From the NCBI GenBank assembly GCA_001821765.1, contig MHOA01000006.1, positions 4,389-68,388 of the forward strand: 64,000 bases of DNA. The letters run 5' to 3'. The translations under genes and the position numbers were made by a program. Below the pieces are notes generated by a model. The model worked only from the letters and a program-made list of their open reading frames with translations, was not told the origin of the DNA and did no database searches. This document shows positions 55,733-64,000 of the stretch, piece after piece; the stretch's first letter is position 1; each line of letters starts with the position of its first letter. The DNA comes from Candidatus Ryanbacteria bacterium RIFCSPLOWO2_12_FULL_44_26 (GTDB taxonomy: Bacteria > Patescibacteriota > Minisyncoccia > Ryanbacterales > HO2-45-13).

Positions 55733-55801
55733 TATGGTTTATTTTTAAGCGTTTTCCAAGCTCATCCAGAGCTTTTTATATTCGGCCATAGCGGCGTTGT
55801 A

Positions 55802-57028
55802 TTATAAACGGAGGTTCCCTTGCGCGTGGAGTTGTTGTGGGTTTGCGAATTTTTTCTTTAGAGCATAAAAGTACGCAGCCGCTCCAATCATTGCGGCGTT
55901 ATCTGTCGTTAATTGTTTCTTTGGAAGAAAAAGTCGTAGCCCCTTATGCATAGCTTTTCGTTTATAGAAGAGCTGTTTTCTTAATTCTGCGTTTGCTGCC
56001 ACGCCCCCGCCCAGAATGAGAGACGCTGCCTTATGTGTTTTTACTGCTCTGGCTGTTTTGGCAATGAGTGTTTCTATAACAGATTCCTGAAACGATGCAG
56101 CAACATCGTTTTTGTTATATGCGGGATGATCGCGTAAGTAATAAAGAACCGCAGTTTTAAGCCCGGAGAAACTGAAGTCGAGAGATTGTGAATGTATCAT
56201 AGGGCGCGGGAACGGAATTGCGTTTTTATTTCCTTTGCGCGCGACGCGTGCTATTTCCGGTCCGCCGGGATATCCGAGCTGAAGCATTCTCGCAACTTTG
56301 TCAAAAACCTCGCCCGCGGCGTCATCTCGCGTCTCTCCAATTACTTTATAATCTAACCATTTTTTTATGAGCACCAGCTCTGTATGGCCTCCCGATACCA
56401 GAAGCGCCAGCGCAGGAAAAGTAATGTTCGTGCTTTGCGCTTTTTTGTTTTTGCCTGCGATGTTTGACTTTTTCCTCCCTCGCTTCGTCTGGCGAAGCCG
56501 GGGACTTTTGATGTTTGTATTGAGGAGTGCGGCGACGATATGCCCTTCCATGTGATTGATTCCCAATATCGGTTTATCCCAAAGCGCTCCGAGCGCTTTT
56601 GCAAAGTTGATGCCAGTCCAAAGCGCCGGCTCCAATCCAGGTCCATATGTTACAGCTATAGCATCAACGCTCGGTGGCGCAAGCGGCAGGATGGATTGTT
56701 TAAAACGCCTGAAAAGTTCCGGCTCGTGTTCCAGGAATGTCTTTATTTTTTGTATTTTCTGATTTGTGAGAGGTGCGGATGCGGGCCGTGGCTTTAAGAA
56801 CATTAATTTTCCTTTCATAAGAGCGGCCTTTAAAACAAGGGAGAGGTTTCGTTCGTGTTCGCGCCTAGCAAGGTTCGGCACTACACCACCCCACTTGGAA
56901 TGAACGCGCGCTTGAGAAGCCACGGCATTCGAAAGAATCCCAAAAGTGGGGCTGGTAAACCCTCCCCACCCTTCTATAACGGCGATCGCAGTTTCATCGC
57001 ACGATGTTTCAATGGCGAGAATTTTCAT
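55802..57028 (-). CDS. tsaD: tRNA N6-adenosine threonylcarbamoyltransferase TsaD (Kae1/YgjD family) with a Lys-rich insertion
   Basis: 408 aa. MKILAIETSCDETAIAVIEG, HMEGHI, and a GxxGxxxxA C-terminal motif. A roughly 40-aa basic insert (KRGRKKSNIAGKNKKAQSTN). Confidence 0.9.
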   Translation of the reverse strand: MKILAIETSCDETAIAVIEGWGGFTSPTFGILSNAVASQARVHSKWGGVVPNLARREHERNLSLVLKAALMKGKLMFLKPRPASAPLTNQKIQKIKTFLEHEPELFRRFKQSILPLAPPSVDAIAVTYGPGLEPALWTGINFAKALGALWDKPILGINHMEGHIVAALLNTNIKSPRLRQTKRGRKKSNIAGKNKKAQSTNITFPALALLVSGGHTELVLIKKWLDYKVIGETRDDAAGEVFDKVARMLQLGYPGGPEIARVARKGNKNAIPFPRPMIHSQSLDFSFSGLKTAVLYYLRDHPAYNKNDVAASFQESVIETLIAKTARAVKTHKAASLILGGGVAANAELRKQLFYKRKAMHKGLRLFLPKKQLTTDNAAMIGAAAYFYALKKKFANPQQLHAQGNLRL

Positions 57029-57145
57029 AGCAGGCTTTGCGTTGGCAACTTCGCGGGTACCAGCGACTGTCGCTTTCTATTATACCGTTGCGCTATCTTA
57101 TGGCGAGATGTATGATATCAATATACACGTAACGAGTATTACATT

Positions 57146-58087
57146 ATGAGTGACATACAACAAACAGGGCCGAAAGATGTGTTTTTTCGTCTTGCCGAGA
57201 CCATAGCGCTCTATGCGGTGATTGTGAGTTTCGGATCGCTTGTTTTTCAATTAATCAATTTTTATTTTCCTGATTCTCTTGCTGGTCATTTTGACAGGTT
57301 TGCGAGGGAAAATCTTCGCTGGCCCGTTTCTGTTTTGGTTGTGGTGTTTCCGCTATTCGCTTGGATTTCATGGAAGTTGCAGAAAGAGGTGATCGCAAAC
57401 CCGGCGAAGCGGGGGCTTCGAACAAGAAAATGGCTGATGTATCTCACATTGTTTCTGGCTTCCGTTGTCATAGCGGTTGACCTGATAACGCTTATATTTC
57501 GTTTTCTTGGAGGCGAACTGACCACGCGTTTTTCCTTAAAGGTGCTTACGGTGCTTGTGATGGCTGGAGCAGTGTTTACCTATTATGGCTGGAACTTAAG
57601 AAAAGACATCTTGCCCTCAAAAGATCCGAGGATGAGATTTTTCATCTGGGGTGTTGTCGCAATCGTCGTTCTCGCTCTTGTGGCCGGTTTCTTTGTTGCC
57701 GGTTCTCCCCAGTCTGAGCGTCTTAGACGTTTTGACAGTGAGCGCGTAGGAGATTTGCAGAATCTTCAGTTTCAGATTGTTGAATACTGGCAGACAAAAA
57801 GAACACTGCCAGCCAGTCTCGACGCGCTTTCCGATGATATTATCGGTTTTGTGCCTCCTGTTGACCCACAAAGCGGAGAGTTGTATGAATACAAGGTAAC
57901 CGGAGATTTGTCATTTGAATTATGCGCGGTATTCAATACGGAAAGCGAAGGCGTTATGCAAGAAAAATCGCTTGCAATACGTGACCCGTACGCAGTTGAA
58001 TCCAACTGGGAACATAAGAGCGGCAGGGTATGTTTTAACCGCACTATTGATCCGGATCGTTTTCCCCCTCGTAAAGCCGTTCTATAA
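57146..58087 (+). CDS. Hypothetical polytopic membrane protein
   Basis: 313 aa. About 5 TM helices in the N-terminal 200 aa and a C-terminal soluble segment (YEYKVTGDLSFELCAVF). No domain recognised. Confidence 0.45.
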   Translation: MSDIQQTGPKDVFFRLAETIALYAVIVSFGSLVFQLINFYFPDSLAGHFDRFARENLRWPVSVLVVVFPLFAWISWKLQKEVIANPAKRGLRTRKWLMYLTLFLASVVIAVDLITLIFRFLGGELTTRFSLKVLTVLVMAGAVFTYYGWNLRKDILPSKDPRMRFFIWGVVAIVVLALVAGFFVAGSPQSERLRRFDSERVGDLQNLQFQIVEYWQTKRTLPASLDALSDDIIGFVPPVDPQSGELYEYKVTGDLSFELCAVFNTESEGVMQEKSLAIRDPYAVESNWEHKSGRVCFNRTIDPDRFPPRKAVL

Positions 58088-58145
58088 AAAGCAAAAAATC
58101 TCTTTAAAGGTTTAGCGGACACCATTTATACATTTTTCAACGAAA

Positions 58146-58328
58146 GTGTCTATGAACAATGATCAATGCTCAACATGCGGAGGAGCGGTAAGCGGGCACG
58201 AGTGCATCTCGTGCGGCGCGGAGGCCGATAACAGGGCGCAGAGCTGTTCTTGCGGCGGTAGCGTTGCGCCTGCATGTGCCGGATGTAGCGAGCTTGAGCC
58301 GAATTGTTCCTGCGGCAGTGGTAAATAA
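58146..58328 (+). CDS. Cys-rich small protein (12 Cys in 60 aa; metallothionein-like or RiPP-precursor-like)
   Basis: MSMNNDQCSTCGGAVSGHECISCGAEADNRAQSCSCGGSVAPACAGCSELEPNCSCGSGK with repeated CxxC / CxC motifs. Probable true ATG at 58152. GC-rich; opposite-strand ORFs (58150..58356, 58170..58493) are Arg-rich and look spurious. Confidence 0.35.
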   Translation: MSMNNDQCSTCGGAVSGHECISCGAEADNRAQSCSCGGSVAPACAGCSELEPNCSCGSGK

Positions 58329-58480
58329 GGGTTTCAACGGCAAGTTCCCGGCACAATCAAACAAGCGTCCGGCTTGGCTGGGCATTTTGTGTTTAAACAC
58401 AACTAACGTCGCTTCATTTTGCTGATGGTTAAAAAAACAGATAAAATTCCATATTATAAGCCGTACTTCGTTACGCCGGT

Positions 58481-59677
58481 ATGCGCGTAGCATCTGTTAT
58501 CAGGGTAAATACGCCAAAGCGTTTGCTGCTTTTGTATCACTTTGTTTTAGCGTTGCTTGCCGGATTTTTGTATCGTTTTCCTTCCCGCGCCATGACGGTG
58601 ATCGGGGTTACCGGCACCAATGGAAAATCAACTGTTGTGGAGATGTTGCGGCACATTTTCGAGGAAGACAGCAGACGCGTTGCTTCCATTTCATCCATTC
58701 GATTCCAGATAGGAAAGCATGAATGGAGAAATGATTTAAAAATGACAATGCCGGGGAGATTTTTCCTCCAGCGTTTTCTTGCTGATGCACGGAAGGCAAA
58801 GTGCAGCTTGGTTATTTTAGAGGTAACCTCCGAAGGCATAGCGCAGTTCCGGCATCGGTTTATTGCTTTTGACGCTGCGGTTTTAACGAACCTCACGCCG
58901 GAACACATTGAGTCCCACGGTTCTTTTAAGAAATATAGGGAGGCGAAGGCACAGCTTTTCCGGCGCACCCCCGTGCATATTCTAAATGGAGACGATAAAA
59001 ACATTGATTATTTTAGTAATATTGCGGCAAAGAAGCGGGTTGTTTACCGCGAAAAAGACTTCCCATCCAACATGGCGTTGCATTTGCCGGGCCGCTTTAA
59101 CCGCCGTAATGCCGTTGCGGCAGTAAAGACAAGCGCGCTGTTTGGCGTGGATGAGAAAACCGCGTACCGTGCCCTAGGACGCATAAAAAGCATACCGGGC
59201 CGGTTGGAGCGGATAGCCAAACATCCTTTCACAGTTTATGTAGATTATGCGCATACGCCAGACGCACTTATGCAGGTTTATAAAACACTCAGACCTCCGG
59301 GCGGTTCGGGGGAAAGCCACGGTTTTATTTGTGTGCTGGGGTCGGCAGGGGGGGGAAGGGATATATGGAAACGAGAGGAGCTAGGGCGCATCGCGGATAG
59401 TTTTTGCGACGCTATTATTCTTACCAACGAAGATCCGTATGATGAAAACCCCTTAGATATACTGAAGGATATTGCAAAAGGCATTCAATCAAAGAAACCT
59501 CATACAATTCTTGATCGGCGGGCCGCCATTCGGCAAGCATTGACAGAAGCAAAAGAAAAGGATGTGGTTATTATTACCGGCAAGGGTTCAGAACCGTGGA
59601 TGATGGTTGCGCGCGGCGGGAAAATTCCGTGGGATGATCGCGCGGTTGTAAGGGAAGAAATGGGGCGCTTGTTTTAA
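58481..59677 (+). CDS. murE: Mur ligase family protein, MurE-like (short N-terminal domain)
   Basis: 398 aa. VIGVTGTNGKSTV (P-loop), DYAHTPDAL (Mur ligase C-terminal motif), ILTNEDPYDE. Confidence 0.75.
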   Translation: MRVASVIRVNTPKRLLLLYHFVLALLAGFLYRFPSRAMTVIGVTGTNGKSTVVEMLRHIFEEDSRRVASISSIRFQIGKHEWRNDLKMTMPGRFFLQRFLADARKAKCSLVILEVTSEGIAQFRHRFIAFDAAVLTNLTPEHIESHGSFKKYREAKAQLFRRTPVHILNGDDKNIDYFSNIAAKKRVVYREKDFPSNMALHLPGRFNRRNAVAAVKTSALFGVDEKTAYRALGRIKSIPGRLERIAKHPFTVYVDYAHTPDALMQVYKTLRPPGGSGESHGFICVLGSAGGGRDIWKREELGRIADSFCDAIILTNEDPYDENPLDILKDIAKGIQSKKPHTILDRRAAIRQALTEAKEKDVVIITGKGSEPWMMVARGGKIPWDDRAVVREEMGRLF

Positions 59678-59740
59678 AAAACAGGAGAAGTGTTGCGTTG
59701 GTGTCACACATTGCTTGCATAAAGCGTTGGTTTTAAAAAA

Positions 59741-59766
59741 GCTCGGGCAATTTGTGAAGCCCGAGC
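59741..59766 (-). terminator. Rho-independent terminator readable on the minus strand
   Basis: GCTCGGGC-aatttgtgaa-GCCCGAGC 8-bp perfect stem. On the minus strand it is followed by TTTTTTAAAACC. Confidence 0.5.
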
Positions 59767-59818
59767 TGCCGGTTCATTTCCGCTTGGGAGGCGGTTTCCG
59801 TTTATTAGAACCTTATTT

Positions 59819-60118
59819 TCATCTGATCGGTACGCTGTGTGTTTTAGCAATCGTTTCTTTCCATCCAACCACTCGTTTGCCGTTCCACCAGCCAATGCCA
59901 ACCGTTGCCGTCTCGCAAAAAAAGTTCTGCGCGCGCAGCGTAAAATGGAATCCGGCGTGTACAAGTCTGTCGTTTTCTTCTATTTCCCCGGCGCAAACAG
60001 CGACAAACTGGCCGGGAAAAATAAAATCATCGCACAGGATACATCTTGTTGTGAGTCCCTTCCCGATCGCCCGCTTTGCCCGTCTTTTCCAAAAAAGCCA
60101 GCGAATGTATTTGAGCAC
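59819..60118 (-). CDS. Hypothetical protein (strand/frame uncertain in this region)
   Basis: 99 aa ORF. It is the only ORF in 59.7-60.2 kb that is followed in the right orientation by the strong terminator at 59741-59766 and is co-oriented with the dCMP deaminase and kinase genes upstream. Overlapping + strand ORFs (59715..60134, 59837..60157) cannot be excluded. Confidence 0.25.
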   Translation of the reverse strand: MLKYIRWLFWKRRAKRAIGKGLTTRCILCDDFIFPGQFVAVCAGEIEENDRLVHAGFHFTLRAQNFFCETATVGIGWWNGKRVVGWKETIAKTHSVPIR

Positions 60119-60248
60119 CGATATTCTCCCTTAAAAGAAAGTCCATCCAAAGAGTAATGGAACACCGCCTTTTCGTCAACGAGGTTTATAGGCAATCCAG
60201 GACAACTCTAAGTTTCATAAAAAACATAGCAGCATATTTAGATGTGCT

Positions 60249-60794
60249 CTAGAAGCACAATGAGAGCACGTGCTCAATTTTTTTATTCAACTCATCAAGG
60301 GTGCCGTCATTGATGATGCTATGGTCCGCAATCTTTAGCAACGAGTCAATCTGCAGTTCTGTTTTCCGTGCCTCTTGCTCATTAAATTGTTCTTGAGAAA
60401 GTCCTGTATCGTCTGCTTTTTCGTTTCGCATGGTTATGCGCTGGTACCGCTTATCCGCATTCGCACTCATTGCTATGAGTTTCGCGTTCGGGAGCGTTTT
60501 AATAATGTTCCATTCGTCCTGATATCTTACGCCGTCAACAACAGCGATGTCTGGGCGTGTTGATTGTATATCTTTTGCAAGAACCTTCGCAAGAATATCA
60601 TTTCCGTAGAGTTGTCGCAGGTCAAGCGCAAGCTGTATTTGATTATCACGCGTATGCGGCAGATGGAGCCGTATAAGAATATCATCAAGAATTTTTGAAA
60701 ATCGGAACACCACTGCACCGTGCCGTATCTTTATATAGTCCGCCACCGTGCCTTTACCGCTTCCCTTTTTCCCCGTGAGCGCAATGATTATCAT
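60249..60794 (-). CDS. P-loop nucleotide/nucleoside monophosphate kinase-like protein (dNMP kinase-like)
   Basis: 181 aa. MIIIALTGKKGSGKGTVADYI Walker A. 4-nt overlap with the upstream dCMP deaminase suggests a nucleotide-salvage pair. Confidence 0.6.
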   Translation of the reverse strand: MIIIALTGKKGSGKGTVADYIKIRHGAVVFRFSKILDDILIRLHLPHTRDNQIQLALDLRQLYGNDILAKVLAKDIQSTRPDIAVVDGVRYQDEWNIIKTLPNAKLIAMSANADKRYQRITMRNEKADDTGLSQEQFNEQEARKTELQIDSLLKIADHSIINDGTLDELNKKIEHVLSLCF

Positions 60795-61273
60795 GATACC
60801 GGCGGTTCTAACTTTTCGAAGGTAACGCCGGCTTCTTGAAATAATTTTTTTGAGTCCTCATCATTAGAATATGCGCTGTTATAGACCACCCGTCTTATAC
60901 CGCCGTTAATGATTGATTTTGCGCAAAAAATACAAGGACTGTTCATTGTGTACATTGTGCCATTGCTAATACTCATGCCGTGGTACGCTGCTTGGATAAT
61001 CGCATTTTCCTCCCCATGAACGCAAAAACATTTATCAAGATGCGTTCCGCTTTCAACGTTGCTGTTACAACGAGGGCATCCTCCTTCATTACAGTTTTTG
61101 ATATTTCTTGGTGTTCCGTTATAGCCGCTTGAAAGCACCATTTTATCACGCACGATAACGGCACCGGTTTTCCGCGTTAGGCAGTTTGAGCGTTCGGCTA
61201 CTACTTTTGCAATCTGCATAAAATAATGATCCCAACTTGGACGTGCGGGGCGAGACGACGTGGATTTATTCAT
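60791..61273 (-). CDS. dCMP deaminase (ComEB-like cytidine/deoxycytidylate deaminase)
   Basis: CVHGEENAI (H-x-E) and PCIFCA (PCxxC) zinc-binding motifs. 160 aa. Confidence 0.85.
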   Translation of the reverse strand: MNKSTSSRPARPSWDHYFMQIAKVVAERSNCLTRKTGAVIVRDKMVLSSGYNGTPRNIKNCNEGGCPRCNSNVESGTHLDKCFCVHGEENAIIQAAYHGMSISNGTMYTMNSPCIFCAKSIINGGIRRVVYNSAYSNDEDSKKLFQEAGVTFEKLEPPVS

Positions 61274-61411
61274 ATTGTTTTATTTAAAATGCTTCCGTGT
61301 TAACCATGATAGCCGGTCTCACGGCAGACGCAATGGTTGTTTTCTTCCTGTAAGTTTCTTTTGCAGACGACGGTTTGTGTTTTTAAATAGACTCAATGTT
61401 TATTTATGGAT

Positions 61412-61486
61412 TGGTGCCGCCACGGGGAATCGAACCCCGATTTGCGCCTTGAAAGAGCGCTGTCCTAACCATTAGACGATGGCGGC
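61412..61486 (-). tRNA. tRNA-Glu (anticodon TTC), CCA encoded
   Basis: Minus strand reads GCCGCCA-TC-GTCT-AATGGTTA-GGAC-A-GCGCT-CTTTCAA-GGCGC-AAAT-CGGGG-TTCGATT-CCCCG-TGGCGGC-A-CCA. U33, UUC, A37. Confidence 0.85.
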
Positions 61487-61577
61487 ATATTCGGCTTCGC
61501 TCCGTTTTTGCAGAAAAAGAGCGCTGTGTCCTCCGCCGTTTCGTTGATAATATTAAATGGAGTCAAGGTGAAAGATT

Positions 61578-61982
61578 TTGGCGGGAGAGAACAAACTCTA
61601 TCGTATCACTTTTCTTTTCGCTTTTAAAGAGTATAATGGTGCCATGGATTTGGCCGGAAAGGAAGTTGCCCCCTGTGATATCGGAGTCTCTCCTTTGCCT
61701 AAAGAGGAGATTGCCAAATACGTCAGCGAGGTAGGTGGCTGGAGTCTGAAGGACGATGGCAGAAAGATTGAGAAAAAGTTTACATGTAAAGATTTTAAAG
61801 CGGCAATGGTATTTATAAATACGGTGGCAGATGTTGCGGAACAGGCGGGACACCATCCGGATATCCATGTGTTCTATAATAAGATAACCATCGAGTTGTG
61901 GACCCATGCCATTGGCGGGCTCTCTAGAAACGATTTTATTGTAGCGGCAAGAATTGATCAGTTGCCTTATATGCGCGCGTAG
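61578..61982 (+). CDS. Pterin-4-alpha-carbinolamine dehydratase (PCD/DCoH)
   Basis: EQAGHHPDIHVFYNKITIELWTHAIGGLS matches the PCD signature [EDKH]-x3-H-[HN]-P-x5-Y-x3-[LIVM]-x3-H. Probable real start at the internal MDLAGKEV (about 61644), preceded by a TATAAT box. Confidence 0.8.
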   Translation: MAGENKLYRITFLFAFKEYNGAMDLAGKEVAPCDIGVSPLPKEEIAKYVSEVGGWSLKDDGRKIEKKFTCKDFKAAMVFINTVADVAEQAGHHPDIHVFYNKITIELWTHAIGGLSRNDFIVAARIDQLPYMRA

Positions 61983-62049
61983 CTCAGTTGGTTAGAGCGC
62001 TTGCTCGACACGCAAGAGGTCAGAGGTTCGAATCCTCTCGCGCGCACCA
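61973..62049 (+). tRNA. tRNA-Val (anticodon GAC) with unusual C33; CCA encoded
   Basis: GCGCGCG-TA-GCTC-AGTTGGTTA-GAGC-G-CTTGC-TCGACAC-GCAAG-AGGTC-AGAGG-TTCGAAT-CCTCT-CGCGCGC-A-CCA. The loop reads U32 C33 GAC A37. Starts within the last codons of the PCD gene. Confidence 0.7.
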
Positions 62050-62074
62050 GTGAAGTATTATCCTAAAATAAGTT

Positions 62075-62500
62075 ATGATGAATCATTGTTTGTTTTGTAA
62101 AATTGCCTCCGGGGAGATCCCAAGCGAGAAAATATATGAGGATGAAAACGTTTTGGCGTTTCTTGATATTCAGCCGCGCAGCCCCGGTCATACAATGATC
62201 ATTCCTAAAAACCATGCGGCGAACTTGTCCGAATTGCCGGACAGCGCAATCGGCCCTTTTTTCTCTTCCGTTAAAAAAGTAACAGATATGCTCAAAAAAG
62301 CACTTACTCCCGACGGTTTTACGCTGGGCATGAATTACGGCGCTGCGGCGGGGCAGGAAGTTCAGCATATGCATTTTCATATCATGCCACGCTGGTTTAC
62401 CGATGGCGGCGGTCCTATTCAGCGCGTTGTGTCAAATACGCCAGATGAGCGTTTAGAGGAGATGGCGGAAAAAATCCGCGGCGCCGGACAGCAACAATAA
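62075..62500 (+). CDS. HIT-family (histidine triad) nucleotide hydrolase/transferase
   Basis: 141 aa. CLFCKI...ENVLAFLDIQPRSPGHTMIIPKNH ... HMHFHIMPR (H-x-H-x-H-xx). Confidence 0.85.
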   Translation: MMNHCLFCKIASGEIPSEKIYEDENVLAFLDIQPRSPGHTMIIPKNHAANLSELPDSAIGPFFSSVKKVTDMLKKALTPDGFTLGMNYGAAAGQEVQHMHFHIMPRWFTDGGGPIQRVVSNTPDERLEEMAEKIRGAGQQQ

Positions 62501-62504
62501 AGCC

Positions 62505-63167
62505 GTGCAAATTATCTATGAAGACGATGACGTGTTTGCGGCGGTAAAGCCAGCTGGTGTTGTCATGCACGCAGACAGTCACCATCCAAAAGGTTCTTTT
62601 CTTGAAATGGTGTGTACATTGCGTCCAACAGCGCAGCTGTTGCACCGCTTGGATAAAGACACTTCCGGGGTGGCGCTTTTTGCAAAGACGGATGCGGCGG
62701 CTTCCTATTATAAAAAACTTTTCAAAGACACCTTGATTCAAAAAACATATTTGGCGCTTGTTGTAGGAACATTCACAAAGAAAAAAGGAATTATTGCTCT
62801 TCCTATCGGAAGGTCGTCCTCTGACCCCAGAAAACGGAGCGTTGGCGGAAAGAAAGGAAAATTGCGGGAAGCGCGCACCGATTACAGCGTTTTGGAGCGC
62901 TTTGGAGACAGTTTTACGCTGTTGGAAGTTTTCCCGAAAACCGGGAGAACGCACCAAGTCAGATCTCACCTTGCCTCAATTGGGCACCCCGTGGCTTGTG
63001 ATGCGCTTTACGGAGGAAAAAAATATGCTTGCCCGCAAGGCCTTAAGCGCCAGTTTTTGCATGCGTTTGGTCTTTCATTTACAAGCCGAAAAGGGATTCG
63101 TGTAAAAGTGGAAGCGGATCTTCCGGAGGATTTGCGATACACACTTAAAGAATTGAAGAAAAAGTGA
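62505..63167 (+). CDS. RluA-family pseudouridine synthase (no S4 domain)
   Basis: HRLDKDTSGVALFAKT catalytic-Asp motif, plus KTYLALV and GRTHQVRSHL motifs of RluA/RluC/RluD. Confidence 0.85.
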   Translation: MQIIYEDDDVFAAVKPAGVVMHADSHHPKGSFLEMVCTLRPTAQLLHRLDKDTSGVALFAKTDAAASYYKKLFKDTLIQKTYLALVVGTFTKKKGIIALPIGRSSSDPRKRSVGGKKGKLREARTDYSVLERFGDSFTLLEVFPKTGRTHQVRSHLASIGHPVACDALYGGKKYACPQGLKRQFLHAFGLSFTSRKGIRVKVEADLPEDLRYTLKELKKK

Positions 63168-63229
63168 TATTATGGTATAAAGTGGTTTAATAATACTTTT
63201 TTGGTGTATAGCTTTATTGAAGAAACAGT

Positions 63230-63715
63230 ATGCAGAGTAAGAGAGCAACAATTGATATGCGCCCGGGGGATATCGTACGGGTGTATCAGAAGATAAAAGA
63301 AAAAGACAAAACCCGCATTCAGGTATTTGAGGGGCTTGTTATTGCCCGCAAGCATGGCGCGGAGCCGGGTGCGACGTTTACGGTACGCAAGATAAGTCAG
63401 GGTGTTGGGGTTGAGCGCATTTATCCTTTACACTCGTCAAATGTTGAAAAAATAGAAATCGTGAAGCGTTCTCCAAAAGTGCGGCGCGCAAAGCTTTATT
63501 ATATTCGCGAGAAAGCGGCGCGCGAATCCAGGAAAAGACTGCGTCATGAGTATCTGGCAAGCAAAATCACTGTCGGAAGCATTGAGGAAGAGTCAAGCGG
63601 GAAACAGTCTAGCCAAGAAACAGATGAAAACCGCAAAGAAAGCCCTTTAACCCAACAGAACAACGAGCCAAAGAGCGAAAAAAGGGAGTTGAAAGAAGAA
63701 AGGGAAACGAAATAA
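63230..63715 (+). CDS. rplS: 50S ribosomal protein L19 with Lys/Glu-rich C-terminal extension
   Basis: [31 protein letters not shown]...[30 protein letters not shown] is L19. About 45 aa of extra charged tail. Confidence 0.9.
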   Translation: MQSKRATIDMRPGDIVRVYQKIKEKDKTRIQVFEGLVIARKHGAEPGATFTVRKISQGVGVERIYPLHSSNVEKIEIVKRSPKVRRAKLYYIREKAARESRKRLRHEYLASKITVGSIEEESSGKQSSQETDENRKESPLTQQNNEPKSEKRELKEERETK

Positions 63716-63773
63716 AAAGCAAAAAGCCAGTTTTGGATAAATGCCGTTTTTATAGTAACCTGTATTGGTGTCA

Positions 63774-63859
63774 GCCCAGGTGGTGGAATTGGTATACACA
63801 CATGGTTGAGGGCCATGGCTCGAAAGAGCGTGCGGGTTCAAATCCCGCCCTGGGCACCA
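63774..63859 (+). tRNA. tRNA-Leu (anticodon GAG), long variable arm, CCA encoded
   Basis: GCCCAGG-TG-GTG-GAATTGGTATA-CAC-A-CATGG-TTGAGGG-CCATG-GCTCGAAAGAGCGT (variable arm hairpin)-GCGGG-TTCAAAT-CCCGC-CCTGGGC-A-CCA. Confidence 0.8.
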
Positions 63860-64000
63860 AACAGGAAAAGTCAAAGAGCTTTGGTTCGCCTCGCGGAGTT
63901 TATCCTGAGCAAAATCGAAGGACTCGGCGACTAATTGGTATTCAATTTTGGGGGCAAAAACGAATGGCTCGACTGCGCTCACCACAAGTTGGCGGTTTCG

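Noticed and set aside
63544-63985. Two minus-strand ORFs (90 and 112 aa)
   Set aside because: Antisense to rplS and overlapping tRNA-Leu(GAG). No support.
1-64000. CRISPR arrays, rRNA genes, IS elements/transposases
   Set aside because: I looked for regularly spaced direct repeats, 16S/23S/5S-like conserved blocks and transposase-like ORFs with terminal inverted repeats. None were seen. The only recombinase is the XerC/D-like gene at the window start, which looks chromosomal rather than part of an obvious mobile element.

Overview
This 64 kb window is a chromosomal segment of a small-genome, moderately AT-rich bacterium. Taken together, the features suggest a Candidate Phyla Radiation / Patescibacteria-like organism: a group I intron inside a tRNA gene, shortened versions of core enzymes (ValS 697 aa, MurE-like 398 aa, YebC 184 aa, HolA-like 254 aa), type IV secretion and type IV pilus ATPases, and many small hypothetical membrane or secreted proteins. 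This lineage assignment is inference only.

The window spans the replication-origin neighbourhood (rpmH-rnpA-yidC-jag divergent from dnaA-dnaN-DUF721), with AT-rich intergenic regions carrying DnaA-box-like sequences.

Housekeeping content includes:
- a partial XerC/D-like tyrosine recombinase at the window start;
- rpsO, an NYN-domain RNase gene and pnp in a row;
- comM, pcrA/uvrD, ksgA, PBP1A, ruvC, yebC, ruvB, pilB, tsaE, polA, a two-component pair, a holA-like gene, rpsT, uvrB, ruvA, rarA, a trmH-family gene, hsp20, prsW, valS, tsaD, a MurE-like ligase, a dNMP-kinase-like gene, dCMP deaminase, pterin dehydratase, a HIT-family gene, an rluA-family gene and rplS.

Six tRNAs were found by eye: Arg-CCG, Phe-GAA interrupted by a 238-nt group I intron, Val-TAC, Glu-TTC, Val-GAC and Leu-GAG.

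The most unusual regions are:
1. A roughly 10 kb type-IV-secretion-like cluster (13.4-23.3 kb) with a VirB6/TrbL-like polytopic protein, a PrgI/VirB3-like protein, a VirB4 ATPase split over two overlapping frames, a VirB2/TrbC-like pilin, a secreted tandem-repeat protein and a TolB-like propeller.
2. A translationally coupled pair encoding a DEDDy 3'-5' exonuclease fused to a WYL-like domain plus a DUF458/YkuK RNase-H-like protein (49.2-50.5 kb). It sits next to a tRNA-Arg bracketed by perfect inverted repeats, a standalone C39-like peptidase, a 24-bp perfect hairpin and the intron-containing tRNA.
3. A compositionally atypical GC-rich cassette (36.78-37.39 kb) with a perfect sigma70 consensus promoter, a Cys/His-rich secreted protein and a strong terminator.
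4. A GC-rich, apparently non-coding 200-nt segment between ruvB and pilB that may encode a structured RNA.

No CRISPR array, rRNA or obvious transposon was seen. Coordinates of RNA and regulatory features were derived by eye and may be off by 1-2 nt.
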